Below the pieces are notes generated by a model. That model did no database searches and had not been told where the DNA came from. It was given only the letters and a program-made list of their open reading frames with translations. Positions 37,754 through 46,352 of a DNA stretch of 64,000 nt are shown piece by piece. The stretch is from positions 81,909 through 145,908 of the forward strand of contig JARVGI010000003.1 of the NCBI GenBank assembly GCA_029762625.1. Direction: 5' to 3'. The first letter of the stretch is position 1. Each line of letters opens with the position of its first letter. Made by a program: the position numbers and the translations under genes. This DNA comes from Methanomicrobiaceae archaeon. Lineage in GTDB: Archaea; Halobacteriota; Methanomicrobia; Methanomicrobiales; Methanomicrobiaceae.

Positions 37754-38779
37754 ATGCAACTCCCTCGGGGGACATTCCATTCCCTTAAAAAAAGTATCTC
37801 AATTGCCTCCCTTCTCGGGGAATTGACAGACTCATCGTTCACCGGGTACAGCATGATCACCCTCGACGATGCCCCGGCGTTTCTGGTATTCGAGGCAGGA
37901 GAGTGTATCCTCGCCCATTGCGGAAATGACGAGGGCCTGACTGCTCGCGAGCGGTTGAAGGGGATGGGCGAGGTCGATGTCAGTGCAGAGCTCTATACAC
38001 TCACCCCCAAGCAGATCCAGCTGACGAGGGAGTTCAACCCGTCCATGGCGATGAAGGGTGCGCCAGCGCCAATCCCGGCGCCGGCAACGTCCGGTCGGGC
38101 CCCTGCCGGAACATCGCAGGGGCGGACGAAACCAAAGAGCAGGGGTGAGGGAGAGACGGTGCGAACCGATGCACGCGTTCCTCCGCTCCAGCTTCCGCGA
38201 GGCAGATTCCACTCCATCAAACGCGCCATTACCCTCTCTGATCTGATCGATGAGATGCGGGAGACCCATTTTTCGGGATACTGTAACCTGACCATGAACC
38301 AGGAGTCCATCACGTTCGTGGCAGAGGATGGCATCTGCCTGCTCGTCGACTTCTATCCCGAACGGGGGAGTGCAGCCCTCCAGATCATGCAGACGAGTCT
38401 CGAGGACGAGATCACCGCGGAGCTCTACACGCTGACGCCCGCCCAGATGCAGCTGGCACTGGAATTCAACAGGGATTACCGTGTGAGCATCAGCACGAAA
38501 TCGCCGGTTATCAAGATGATGCCCCAGAAAATCCCGGAGAGGGCGGTCCGCACAGGGGGTGACCGGAGCAAGCCGCATCCACCGGGCGAAAATGCTGACG
38601 GTGTGGATGATTTCGAGGAGCAGATACTGGCCCTCGAGAGCATGGACCTGGATACGATGACCGAGCAGTTCAAGGACAATTTCAAGGACGTGCTCACCCG
38701 GCTCGATCTCGAGTACCTGCTCGACGAGAGGGACAAGGATTCAGACGAGCGCCGTAAGAGTGGTGAGATCGATGGGTGA
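37754..38779 (+). CDS. Protein with two tandem PATAN/DUF4388-like repeats, a P/A/G/R-rich linker and an acidic C-terminal tail
   Basis: Internal duplication. Repeat 1 (residues 1-100): QLPRGTFHSLKKSISIASLLGEL...FTGY...AELYTLTPKQIQLTREFN. Repeat 2 (about 155-255): QLPRGRFHSIKRAITLSDLIDEM...FSGY...AELYTLTPAQMQLALEFN. Confidence 0.55.
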   Translation: MQLPRGTFHSLKKSISIASLLGELTDSSFTGYSMITLDDAPAFLVFEAGECILAHCGNDEGLTARERLKGMGEVDVSAELYTLTPKQIQLTREFNPSMAMKGAPAPIPAPATSGRAPAGTSQGRTKPKSRGEGETVRTDARVPPLQLPRGRFHSIKRAITLSDLIDEMRETHFSGYCNLTMNQESITFVAEDGICLLVDFYPERGSAALQIMQTSLEDEITAELYTLTPAQMQLALEFNRDYRVSISTKSPVIKMMPQKIPERAVRTGGDRSKPHPPGENADGVDDFEEQILALESMDLDTMTEQFKDNFKDVLTRLDLEYLLDERDKDSDERRKSGEIDG

Positions 38780-39272
38780 GCCCGATCTCTTCATTCTCCT
38801 CTTCGTCCTCGTCCTCTTCATGATACAGGTTGTTCTTGGCATCTACCTCCTGCGCATTTACCGCCTCCTCGAAAAAGAAGAGGGCCGGCCCATACGGTCG
38901 TTCCGGTTCATGCCTGCGGCTCGCACCGTTTCCGGTGCGAAATCGGACGGGGATGTGATCCATGGACGGGAAACAATTGCAGAGAGTCTGCAGGCGCTCT
39001 GCGGGAAATATTCCCTGACTTCATGTACCATCGCCACGCGCGACGGGCTGGTCGTGGCCTCGTCCCTTGAGGATGCCGACGAAGATGCGGCCCAGTACAG
39101 CTATCTCTACGTCAACGGCATCGCCCCCCGCGATCCAACCATCCGCCTCTTCGGTCTCTCCTACCACGGCGGCGGGGTGGTGGGGATCGTCAGGGGGCCC
39201 GAAGAGGCATTTTCTCGCTCGCAAAAGGCCCTTGAAAACGAATTGCAGACCGTCCTTGACTGGTGGCTCTGA
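38772..39272 (+). CDS. Single-pass membrane protein with Roadblock/LC7-like C-terminal domain
   Basis: ATG 38772 overlaps the preceding stop by 8 nt. TM LFILLFVLVLFMIQVVLGIYLL. C-terminal LQALCGKYSLTSCTIATRDGLVVASSLEDADEDAAQYSYL...GVVGIV resembles Robl_LC7. Confidence 0.45.
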   Translation: MGEPDLFILLFVLVLFMIQVVLGIYLLRIYRLLEKEEGRPIRSFRFMPAARTVSGAKSDGDVIHGRETIAESLQALCGKYSLTSCTIATRDGLVVASSLEDADEDAAQYSYLYVNGIAPRDPTIRLFGLSYHGGGVVGIVRGPEEAFSRSQKALENELQTVLDWWL

Positions 39273-39530
39273 AAAATCACTCCTCGTATCCGCGGGGAAG
39301 GCCGCACTTTACACCCGTTGGCGGCGGGACCTGCGATGCATCCGAAATGCAGGCGGATGGAGCCTCGAATCACTGGTTTTCGCCGGGCCGTTCGATATAT
39401 ATTTCTTATTGAATAAAATACTGTTATTTTTTAAATCCACGCATGCATGCTCATATTTTGTCAATAAAAAACCGGATCATTAAAATATATTTACACGTAA
39501 CATTTCGTTGGTTTTAAAAGAGAGATACTT

Positions 39531-40322
39531 ATGGTAAGGGCATACACGATCGCGTCAGGGAAAGGTGGCACGGGGAAGACCACCTTATCGGTAAATCTTG
39601 GCTCGATGCTTGCATATTTTGGCAAAGAGACCTATATTATGGATGCCGATGTTGGGATGGCCAATCTGGGAATCGTTCTCGGACTGGAGAATGTGCCGGT
39701 CACCCTCCACGAAGTGCTTGCCGGCAATGCGGCGGTGTCCGATGCAATCTATGAAGGACCGTTTGGCGTCAAGGTGGTCCCGAGCGGCATCTCTCTCAAG
39801 GGATTCCAGAACGCCAATCCCGACCGTCTTCGCGATGTCATGCGGGAGCTCGTGGGAAGGTGCGATTTCCTCATCATCGATGCGCCCGCAGGGATATCGA
39901 GAGACGGCGTAATCCCGCTGGCCATCGCCGATGAGGTCATCTTGGTGGTCAACCCCGAGCTCTCCTCCATCGTGGACGCACTGAAGACCAAGATCCTGAC
40001 CGAGCTCGTGGGGGGACACGTGTCCGGTGCGATCCTGAATCGGGCGACCATGGAGAACACCGAGGTATCGAGGGAGAAGATGGAGAAAGTGCTCGGGGTG
40101 AAGGTGATCGGGATCGTCCCCGAAGATGCGAACGTCCGCCGCTCTTCCGCCCACAAGACGCCAATTGTGGTGAAATACCCAAATTCGGACGCTTCAAGGG
40201 CGATTAAAGGAATCGCAGCCCAGATTGCCGGGACAGAGTATAAAGACGAGGGCAGTGTCGAAGCGGCCCGGGAGGGATTCCTGGACAGGCTCGCCCGTTC
40301 ACTGTTCAGGAGCTCCAAATGA
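39531..40322 (+). CDS. minD: Archaeal MinD-type (MinD/ParA family) ATPase
   Basis: Deviant Walker A SGKGGTGKTT, Walker B FLIIDAPAG, and a C-terminal amphipathic helix GFLDRLARSLFRS. Preceded by a 130-bp AT-rich promoter-like tract. Confidence 0.85.
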   Translation: MVRAYTIASGKGGTGKTTLSVNLGSMLAYFGKETYIMDADVGMANLGIVLGLENVPVTLHEVLAGNAAVSDAIYEGPFGVKVVPSGISLKGFQNANPDRLRDVMRELVGRCDFLIIDAPAGISRDGVIPLAIADEVILVVNPELSSIVDALKTKILTELVGGHVSGAILNRATMENTEVSREKMEKVLGVKVIGIVPEDANVRRSSAHKTPIVVKYPNSDASRAIKGIAAQIAGTEYKDEGSVEAAREGFLDRLARSLFRSSK

Positions 40323-40516
40323 CCCTTGAAGGATATCTGCTCATATTTTTTGGTGTGATAATCCTCGTCCTGCTCTTTCTCATCGAGCTCATGCAACGCC
40401 GTGTGGAACAGCTGCTCGATGAGGTTGAGGGGTTGAGGGGGCGTATGAACGTCACGTCCACCGAAATTGAAGCGCTCACGAAAAACGTCGAAGAATTCAA
40501 GAAATTGAAAATATAA
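40319..40516 (+). CDS. 65-aa TM plus coiled-coil protein translationally coupled to minD
   Basis: ATGA overlap with the minD stop. LLIFFGVIILVLLFLI is the TM segment, followed by heptad-like RRVEQLLDEVEGLRGRMNVTSTEIEALTKNVEEFKKLKI. Confidence 0.5.
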   Translation: MTLEGYLLIFFGVIILVLLFLIELMQRRVEQLLDEVEGLRGRMNVTSTEIEALTKNVEEFKKLKI

Positions 40517-40788
40517 TGGCGGCATAGTGCCTGCAGCGATCGTTTGCGTGGCCTTGAGAGTATCCTCCTGTTTTTCCCGGTACCATGCATGATTTCTCTC
40601 TCCGGTGCATGCCAGTGGATGCACCCCGGGTCGCCTGCCCGGGGGATGCCCAGTCTCGTGCCCCCCTTTTCGACCCGGGACGATCCGGTAGTGCTTTCCC
40701 GCACCACGGGCGGTTCTGGGAGAGTGAACCTCAAATTTACAGGCCGAATGGGAAACTAGATATAATCACAGAATGAAGTTGTATGGGC

Positions 40789-40863
40789 GGGGCCATAGGG
40801 TAGCCTGGACCATCCTAGGAGACTGGGGGTCTTCTGACCTGCGTTCGAATCGCAGTGGCCCCA
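40789..40863 (+). tRNA. tRNA-Pro (anticodon GGG)
   Basis: Manual fold: acceptor GGGGCCA/TGGCCCC, anticodon arm GGAGA-CTGGGGG-TCTTC, T arm CTGCG-TTCGAAT-CGCAG, discriminator A. A T6 tract at 40871-40876 follows. A TATA-like gatataatc lies about 25 nt upstream. Confidence 0.85.
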
Positions 40864-40910
40864 TTTCTGATTTTTTCCATTCTACCCAACCGCCGAGGAG
40901 ATGCTTCGTT

Positions 40911-41774
40911 ATGCGTTTTACCGATGGTTGCACCGACTGTATCCTTTCCCGGGTGGAATACGAGTGCCGTCTGGCCCACGCCGATGAGGAGACGATTGCC
41001 CGGGCGCGGGATGCCTGTGCAGCGCTGCTTGCGTCCATCCGGCATGACGACGTCCCCTCGCCGGTGATCGCAAGCCGGGTCCATCGCCGTGCCTACCGGA
41101 TCGCACGAAGCCGGGATCCCTACGCCGAACTCAAGTGCGAAAACAACCGCACAGCCCTTGAGGTCTGCGCCCTCGTGGAGAATCGGCTCGTATCGTTTCG
41201 TGACCGCTGCCTTGCGGCGGTTATCGCCAATACCCTTGATTACGGGTCGCTTGCTCACCAGGTGACTGATAATTTCGTTACGTTCTTCGCGCGGGAGTTT
41301 GCCTCAGGCTTCACCATCGATCACACCGCCGCCATCGAGGATTTGAGCGAGCGGGTGGTCTATCTTTCCGACAACTGCGGGGAGATCGTCTTCGACCGGC
41401 TGCTGGTGCGGGCCCTCAAGGAGCGGGGATCGCACGTGACTCTCGCCGTGCGGGGAGCGCCCATCCTCAACGATGCCACCGTTGCAGACGCGCGCGAGCT
41501 CGGACTGGATTCGATCGTCGACACCCTGACGGTCAACCGGGAGGGGGTCGCGGAGCTGGGCCTCAACCCTGCCGAAATGCCCGACCGGCTCTGTGAGGCG
41601 ATCGAGCGGGCAACGCTTGTCATCGCCAAGGGGATGGCAAACTACGAGTCGCTCTCCGATTTTGTCGATATGCCCCCGGTCGCCTATCTCATGTCGGTAA
41701 AATGCGAGCCCATCGGTCGGCATGTGGGGGCGCCGGTGGGTTCAAAAATCGCTATGCTTTCGGAGCACCGGTAA
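40911..41774 (+). CDS. DUF89 (ARMT1-like damage-control phosphatase) family protein
   Basis: The track ORF 40773 overlaps tRNA-Pro, so the real start is ATG 40911 (MRFTDGCTDCILSRV...). Blocks RDPYAELK, YLSDNCGEIVFD and IAKGMANYESL are typical of DUF89. Confidence 0.7.
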   Translation: MRFTDGCTDCILSRVEYECRLAHADEETIARARDACAALLASIRHDDVPSPVIASRVHRRAYRIARSRDPYAELKCENNRTALEVCALVENRLVSFRDRCLAAVIANTLDYGSLAHQVTDNFVTFFAREFASGFTIDHTAAIEDLSERVVYLSDNCGEIVFDRLLVRALKERGSHVTLAVRGAPILNDATVADARELGLDSIVDTLTVNREGVAELGLNPAEMPDRLCEAIERATLVIAKGMANYESLSDFVDMPPVAYLMSVKCEPIGRHVGAPVGSKIAMLSEHR

Positions 41775-41777
41775 AAC

Positions 41778-42470
41778 CTAAAAGGGTTCCTTCCCGGTCA
41801 CATTGCGGTAGTGGGTGATCATCCTGATCACCAGGTCGTTGTCCGGGTCCACCTGATAGGCTTTCTGCAGTGTCTCACCGGCCTTCTCCTGCCGTTCCAT
41901 ATGCAGGAGCCGCCGGGTCATCTCCAGGAGGATATCCAGGTTGGTCGGGTCCATCCTGTTCCCCCGGGTGAGCAGTTTCAGGGCGTTGTCATCGTTTTTC
42001 TCGAGCGTGGAGAGGAAATACCAGAGTGCCGGCTGGTTCGGCTTCAGGCGCATCGCTTTCTTCAGCGCCTCGGACGCCTCTTTGACCCGGTCCATGCGCA
42101 GCAGGGCGATCCCGATGCCGAGCCAGAGTTCTCCATCGTACTCGAACAGTTCCCGTGCCTTCTCGAACGTCTCGAGCGCTTCCTTGTTCTTTCCCATGCG
42201 GAGGAGCGTGGACCCCGAACGTATCCACGCCCGGAAATTGGTCGGTTCATGGTCGATGGCCTCCAGGTAATAGTGGTGCGCTTCGCTGAACCTGCCCGTG
42301 GCCTGCAGGACATCACCCTTCCCAATGAGAAAATCGGGGTGGTCGGGGATAGCTTTCAACGCATTGTCAAAGAATGCGTTCGCTTCTTCATAGTCCTTGA
42401 TGGAAAGGAGGGTAATCCCTTCGTTATACCAGCCCAGCGCATAGCGTTTATTCTTCGGTATTTCTTTCAT
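41778..42470 (-). CDS. TPR-repeat protein
   Basis: 230 aa made of consecutive 34-residue TPR units (e.g. LGWYNEGITLLSIKDYEEANAFFDNALKAIPDHP). Confidence 0.75.
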   Translation of the reverse strand: MKEIPKNKRYALGWYNEGITLLSIKDYEEANAFFDNALKAIPDHPDFLIGKGDVLQATGRFSEAHHYYLEAIDHEPTNFRAWIRSGSTLLRMGKNKEALETFEKARELFEYDGELWLGIGIALLRMDRVKEASEALKKAMRLKPNQPALWYFLSTLEKNDDNALKLLTRGNRMDPTNLDILLEMTRRLLHMERQEKAGETLQKAYQVDPDNDLVIRMITHYRNVTGKEPF

Positions 42471-42718
42471 GCGTATCGAATGTTGTATGAAACCCTGGCC
42501 AGGGAGATGCTACGGGGATGTTTTACTATTATGATGAAGGCTTAATATTGGTTGCGATGCGAATTCTGACCCCGGTCCTGCTGGTGCACGTCCTTCCTCC
42601 TGCGCTCTCAGGAAACGTGCCTTGTGGGTTCTCTGGTTTGCGCGGTGTGGATCCCGATGTTATATCGAGAGAGGTTTGTCCAGCATAACATAAATAGTTC
42701 CGTCTCCCATGTCGGAAT

Positions 42719-43198
42719 ATGATTGAAGAGGGAAGCGCCGCCGGTATCGCCATCGGGTGGATCATGGTCGTCGCCGGCGTCGTCATGATCGTCGTCGAAG
42801 CTTTCAGCCCCGGTTTTTTTATCGCCGTTCCGGGAACGGTGCTCATCATCCTGGGACTGTTCGCCCTCTTCTTTCCTGCAATCTTTTATTCGCCCTGGAT
42901 CATTGCCATTGCCGTGGCGGCGGGCCTTGTGAGCGCCGTGGTGACCATATGGTTCTACGGCCGCCTTACCCCCGACGCCTCGCCCACCACCATCAGCAGG
43001 GACAGCCTTGTCGGCCGGGAGGGGAGAGTCCTGCGGGAGGTGAATGCCGAGACCCTTGCGGGCAAGGTCACTATCGACGGGGTCGAGTGGAGCGCCCGAT
43101 CGACGCGGGGCACCATCGGCACCGGGACTGCGGTACGGGTGGTGCGATCGGAGGGTGTCCACATCGTGGTGGAGGAGGTCGAGGAACATGGTGATTGA
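42719..43198 (+). CDS. NfeD-family membrane protein (short form, OB-fold C-domain)
   Basis: Three TM segments, then LVGREGRVLREVNAETLAGKVTIDGVEWSARS...GTAVRVVRSEGVHIVV (NfeD C-terminal OB fold). Overlaps the stomatin gene by 11 nt. Confidence 0.8.
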   Translation: MIEEGSAAGIAIGWIMVVAGVVMIVVEAFSPGFFIAVPGTVLIILGLFALFFPAIFYSPWIIAIAVAAGLVSAVVTIWFYGRLTPDASPTTISRDSLVGREGRVLREVNAETLAGKVTIDGVEWSARSTRGTIGTGTAVRVVRSEGVHIVVEEVEEHGD

Positions 43199-44303
43199 AT
43201 CGTTTGGACCGTCTGCTCTGGAAACGCTGTTCAGCCAGCTGCTGGCACTTTTCTTCGTTATCGTGATTGTCATCCTGATCGGGAGGGGGGTGGTGATCAT
43301 CCAGCCCTACGAGCAGGCCCTCCATATCAGGCTGGGAAAATATATCGGGCGCATGAACCCCGGGTTCCGGTGGGTGGTGCCCATCATCACCGAGGTGATC
43401 AAGATCGACCTGCGCACGACGGTCATGGACGTGCCCTCGCAGGAAGTGATCACGAAGGACAATTCGCCCACCAACGTGGACGCCATCGTCTACATCCGCG
43501 TGATCGATCCTGAAAAAGCCTATTTTGAGGTCGCAAACTACCGGATGGCTACCGTGGCGCTCGCCCAGACGTCGCTGCGCGGCATCATCGGGGATATGGA
43601 ACTCGACGAGATCCTCTACAACCGCGACGTGATCAACAACAGGTTGCGGGATATCCTTGACCGGGAGACCGACCAGTGGGGCGTAAAGGTCGAGCGGGTG
43701 GAGATTAAAGAGGTCGACCCGGTGGGAGCGGTCAAGCAGGCCATGACCGAGCAGACCGCGGCCGAACGCGAGCGCCGCGCCGCTATCCTGCGGGCGGACG
43801 GCGAGAAACGCGCCGCCATCCTCAAGGCAGAGGGGATGCGCCAGAGCATCATTCTCGAAGCCGAGGGCGACCGGCAGAGCAAGATCCTGCGGGCGGAGGG
43901 CGAGCGGCAGTCGAGGATCCTGCAGGCGCAGGGCGATGCACAGGGACTGCGTATCCTGGCACTCGGCGCCCGCCCCCTCGACAAGCGCGCCATCACCGTG
44001 CTCTCGCTTGACGCCCTCAAGCAGATGGCCGACGGGCAGGCGACCAAGATCATCTTCCCCTTTGAGCTCTCCTCGCTGATCAAACAGAGCGCCCGCTATA
44101 TCGGGGCGACCGATGAGCTCGAGGTTGAGGAGGGCCTCGAGGAGATGATGGGGCTCGATGACTCGATCCTCGGCGAGATACCGGCGCCGGAGGAGGTAAA
44201 CCGGGTGCGCGAGGTGGTCAGGGATATCGAGTCCGATATCCGGGAAGAACTGACCAAACCCGCCGAAAAGGTGATCGACGAGGAAGAAGAGAAAGAACTC
44301 TGA
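43188..44303 (+). CDS. SPFH/band-7 stomatin-like protein
   Basis: Start ATG 43188 (MVIESF...). Blocks IIQPYEQALHIRLGKY, QEVITKDNSPTNVDAIVYIRVIDP and RAEGE-type repeats AILRADGEKRAAILKAEG...ILRAEGERQSRILQAQGDA. Confidence 0.88.
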   Translation: MVIESFGPSALETLFSQLLALFFVIVIVILIGRGVVIIQPYEQALHIRLGKYIGRMNPGFRWVVPIITEVIKIDLRTTVMDVPSQEVITKDNSPTNVDAIVYIRVIDPEKAYFEVANYRMATVALAQTSLRGIIGDMELDEILYNRDVINNRLRDILDRETDQWGVKVERVEIKEVDPVGAVKQAMTEQTAAERERRAAILRADGEKRAAILKAEGMRQSIILEAEGDRQSKILRAEGERQSRILQAQGDAQGLRILALGARPLDKRAITVLSLDALKQMADGQATKIIFPFELSSLIKQSARYIGATDELEVEEGLEEMMGLDDSILGEIPAPEEVNRVREVVRDIESDIREELTKPAEKVIDEEEEKEL

Positions 44304-44307
44304 GAGG

Positions 44308-45600
44308 TTAGAGGTGGAGGAGGTAGGGCAGAGCGACGAGCGAGATCATCATCACCAGCATCGTGGTGCTGATCGCCGCCACCACATACCCTCCCAGTCT
44401 CTCCATTTTTCTCCGTGAGAAGAAGCGAGTCACTCCTTCCTTCATGATGTATCCACCGTCCAGCGGGATCATGGGAATGGCATTGAAGATGCCGACGTTG
44501 ATGTTGATCCAGGCGGACCAGAAGAGCAGGTGCACCGCCTCCCAGAACAGCGGGAAGGGGACGTCGAAATACCCGGTTTCAACCGTATCGAAGGCGAGCA
44601 CCCGCAGATACTGGCCCGTCACGGAGGTGTCGAAGGGGACGGAGATCAACCGCAGGACGCCGATCGGAGAGGCGAGGCTCTCGAGCAGCTCTTGGCCTGC
44701 CTGTGCGTCGAAGTAGTAGATGCCCATGAAACCCGAATCCCTGCTCTCGATCTCTTCGGGCCATTCGGAGAGGGTGACCCTATACTCCTGCACCGAGCCT
44801 TGATGATCGAGGAGCAGGACGGCGGCATCACCCGGACGTGTTCCGGCGAGGACGGCACCGACATCCTCCCGGGTTTCCACCGGCACCCCGTTGACCTCGA
44901 GAATGACGGAATTTTGCGGGATTCCCGCCATGTCTGCGGGAAAGTCCTGGTATACGCCGTGAATGATGGGATCATCGACGGGGACGGCGGCGCCAACCAG
45001 GAGGAGCATGGCCCCGAAACAGAGAAAGCCGACGACGATGTTGTTCGTGATCCCCGCCCCAAACATCCGCACTTTCGGCATGCCCTTCGTCCGCTCGAGT
45101 TCCTCATCGTCAGGTTCAACGAAAAAGCCGATGGGAATGACGGCGATGAGCGCACCCACGCTCCGCACCCCGATCTTCTCCACCCTGCACAGTATGCCGT
45201 GCCCGAATTCGTGGATGGCGATGGTGAGCACGAATGCAAACCACACCGCGAAGGTTGAGGGAATAAATTCGTTGATGCCGGGAAGGAGGAGGATATTCTG
45301 CGGCTCATAGATGCCGGTCGGCTCGGGCTGCAGCTGCAGGGTTACCTGCACCGAGAGGAGCAGCAGCAGGGAGATGAGCACGGAGATGACGATTACCATT
45401 ACAGCCCCGAGCGTGCCGTATATGCGCAAAAATCTGCTATATTTGATAAAAAAATCAAAAAAACCGACATTTTTGCTCTTGAGGGCGAGGATGGGTCCGT
45501 AAAAGGTAATCCTTTCTTCCCAGAGCCCCCGGCTCCGTATATAGCCGGCGATAAGCAGGTAGAGTGCAATCAAAAACAGAACGATGGGCAGCCAGTTCAT
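44308..45600 (-). CDS. Site-2 protease family (peptidase M50) with PDZ domain
   Basis: HEFGHGILC (HExxH) within a TM segment, a PDZ-like segment GIPQNSVILEVNGVPV, and the distal NAIPMIPLDGG motif. Confidence 0.85.
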   Translation of the reverse strand: MNWLPIVLFLIALYLLIAGYIRSRGLWEERITFYGPILALKSKNVGFFDFFIKYSRFLRIYGTLGAVMVIVISVLISLLLLLSVQVTLQLQPEPTGIYEPQNILLLPGINEFIPSTFAVWFAFVLTIAIHEFGHGILCRVEKIGVRSVGALIAVIPIGFFVEPDDEELERTKGMPKVRMFGAGITNNIVVGFLCFGAMLLLVGAAVPVDDPIIHGVYQDFPADMAGIPQNSVILEVNGVPVETREDVGAVLAGTRPGDAAVLLLDHQGSVQEYRVTLSEWPEEIESRDSGFMGIYYFDAQAGQELLESLASPIGVLRLISVPFDTSVTGQYLRVLAFDTVETGYFDVPFPLFWEAVHLLFWSAWININVGIFNAIPMIPLDGGYIMKEGVTRFFSRRKMERLGGYVVAAISTTMLVMMISLVALPYLLHL

Positions 45601-45656
45601 CGCGAGCTCTATTGTACGCGAAGAGTGATAAAGCCTCCCGGATCGGCATTCGGCAG

Positions 45657-46334
45657 TTAAAATTCAAAGAGCGTTGCCTGCGACCGGCGGTTCATGAGGG
45701 CGGCGACGGTCTTCCAGCTCGTGCGTGCGCATGCCGGGGGCGATCCGTGTGCAGCGATGTAGCCTTCGAGGTAGGCGATTGTTGCGGGATCGGCAGGGTA
45801 TCCGCTCCCGATGTCGCCGAACTCGTCTGCCAGTTCCCGGATGGCGCGGTCGCGCAGCACCTTGGCCACGATGCTCGCGGCCGCAACGATAGCGTGGCTT
45901 GCGTCCGCCCGGTGTTCGGAGATGATGTCGCAGGGTCCCTGCAGGCCGGCGGCGACCATCGCCCGGTAGCGAAGGGGGTTGACGTCGCAGGCATCGACGA
46001 TAGCACGGTCCGGGTGCAGGCGGTTGATGACCGATGCATGCGCCTTCGCCACGATCAGGTTCATGGTCTGTGCCATGCGCAGGGAATCGATCTCGTGGGC
46101 GCTGATGACCACCGCCTCGCAGGGAAACGAACCACGGATCCTCTGGAAGAATGCCTCCCGCCGCCTCGCCGTAAGGGCCTTCGAATCCCGCAGTCCCCAC
46201 CCTTCAAAATCAGCATGGTCGTCGCAGGCGACCCCCGCGACGACCATGGGGCCGATCACCGCACCTTTGCCGGCTTCGTCCACGCCGCAGATCACGACTG
46301 AGAAGTTAGATTCGCAATGTATATGAATGGTCAT
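45657..46334 (-). CDS. rnhB: Ribonuclease HII
   Basis: CGVDEAGKGAVIGPMVVAGV, DSKALT, DACD and SIVAKVLRD...GSGYPADP blocks. Confidence 0.9.
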   Translation of the reverse strand: MTIHIHCESNFSVVICGVDEAGKGAVIGPMVVAGVACDDHADFEGWGLRDSKALTARRREAFFQRIRGSFPCEAVVISAHEIDSLRMAQTMNLIVAKAHASVINRLHPDRAIVDACDVNPLRYRAMVAAGLQGPCDIISEHRADASHAIVAAASIVAKVLRDRAIRELADEFGDIGSGYPADPATIAYLEGYIAAHGSPPACARTSWKTVAALMNRRSQATLFEF

Positions 46335-46352
46335 GAGTGAAAGACTTCACGC

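Noticed and set aside
39400-39530. 130-bp AT-rich tract upstream of minD as a replication origin (DUE plus ORB)
   Set aside because: There is only one weak CCAGTG-core element, no repeated ORB boxes and no orc1/cdc6 nearby. It is most simply a strong promoter or 5' UTR region.
40773-40910. N-terminal 46 codons of ORF 40773..41774
   Set aside because: They overlap tRNA-Pro (40789..40863) on the same strand. DUF89 similarity starts at ATG 40911.
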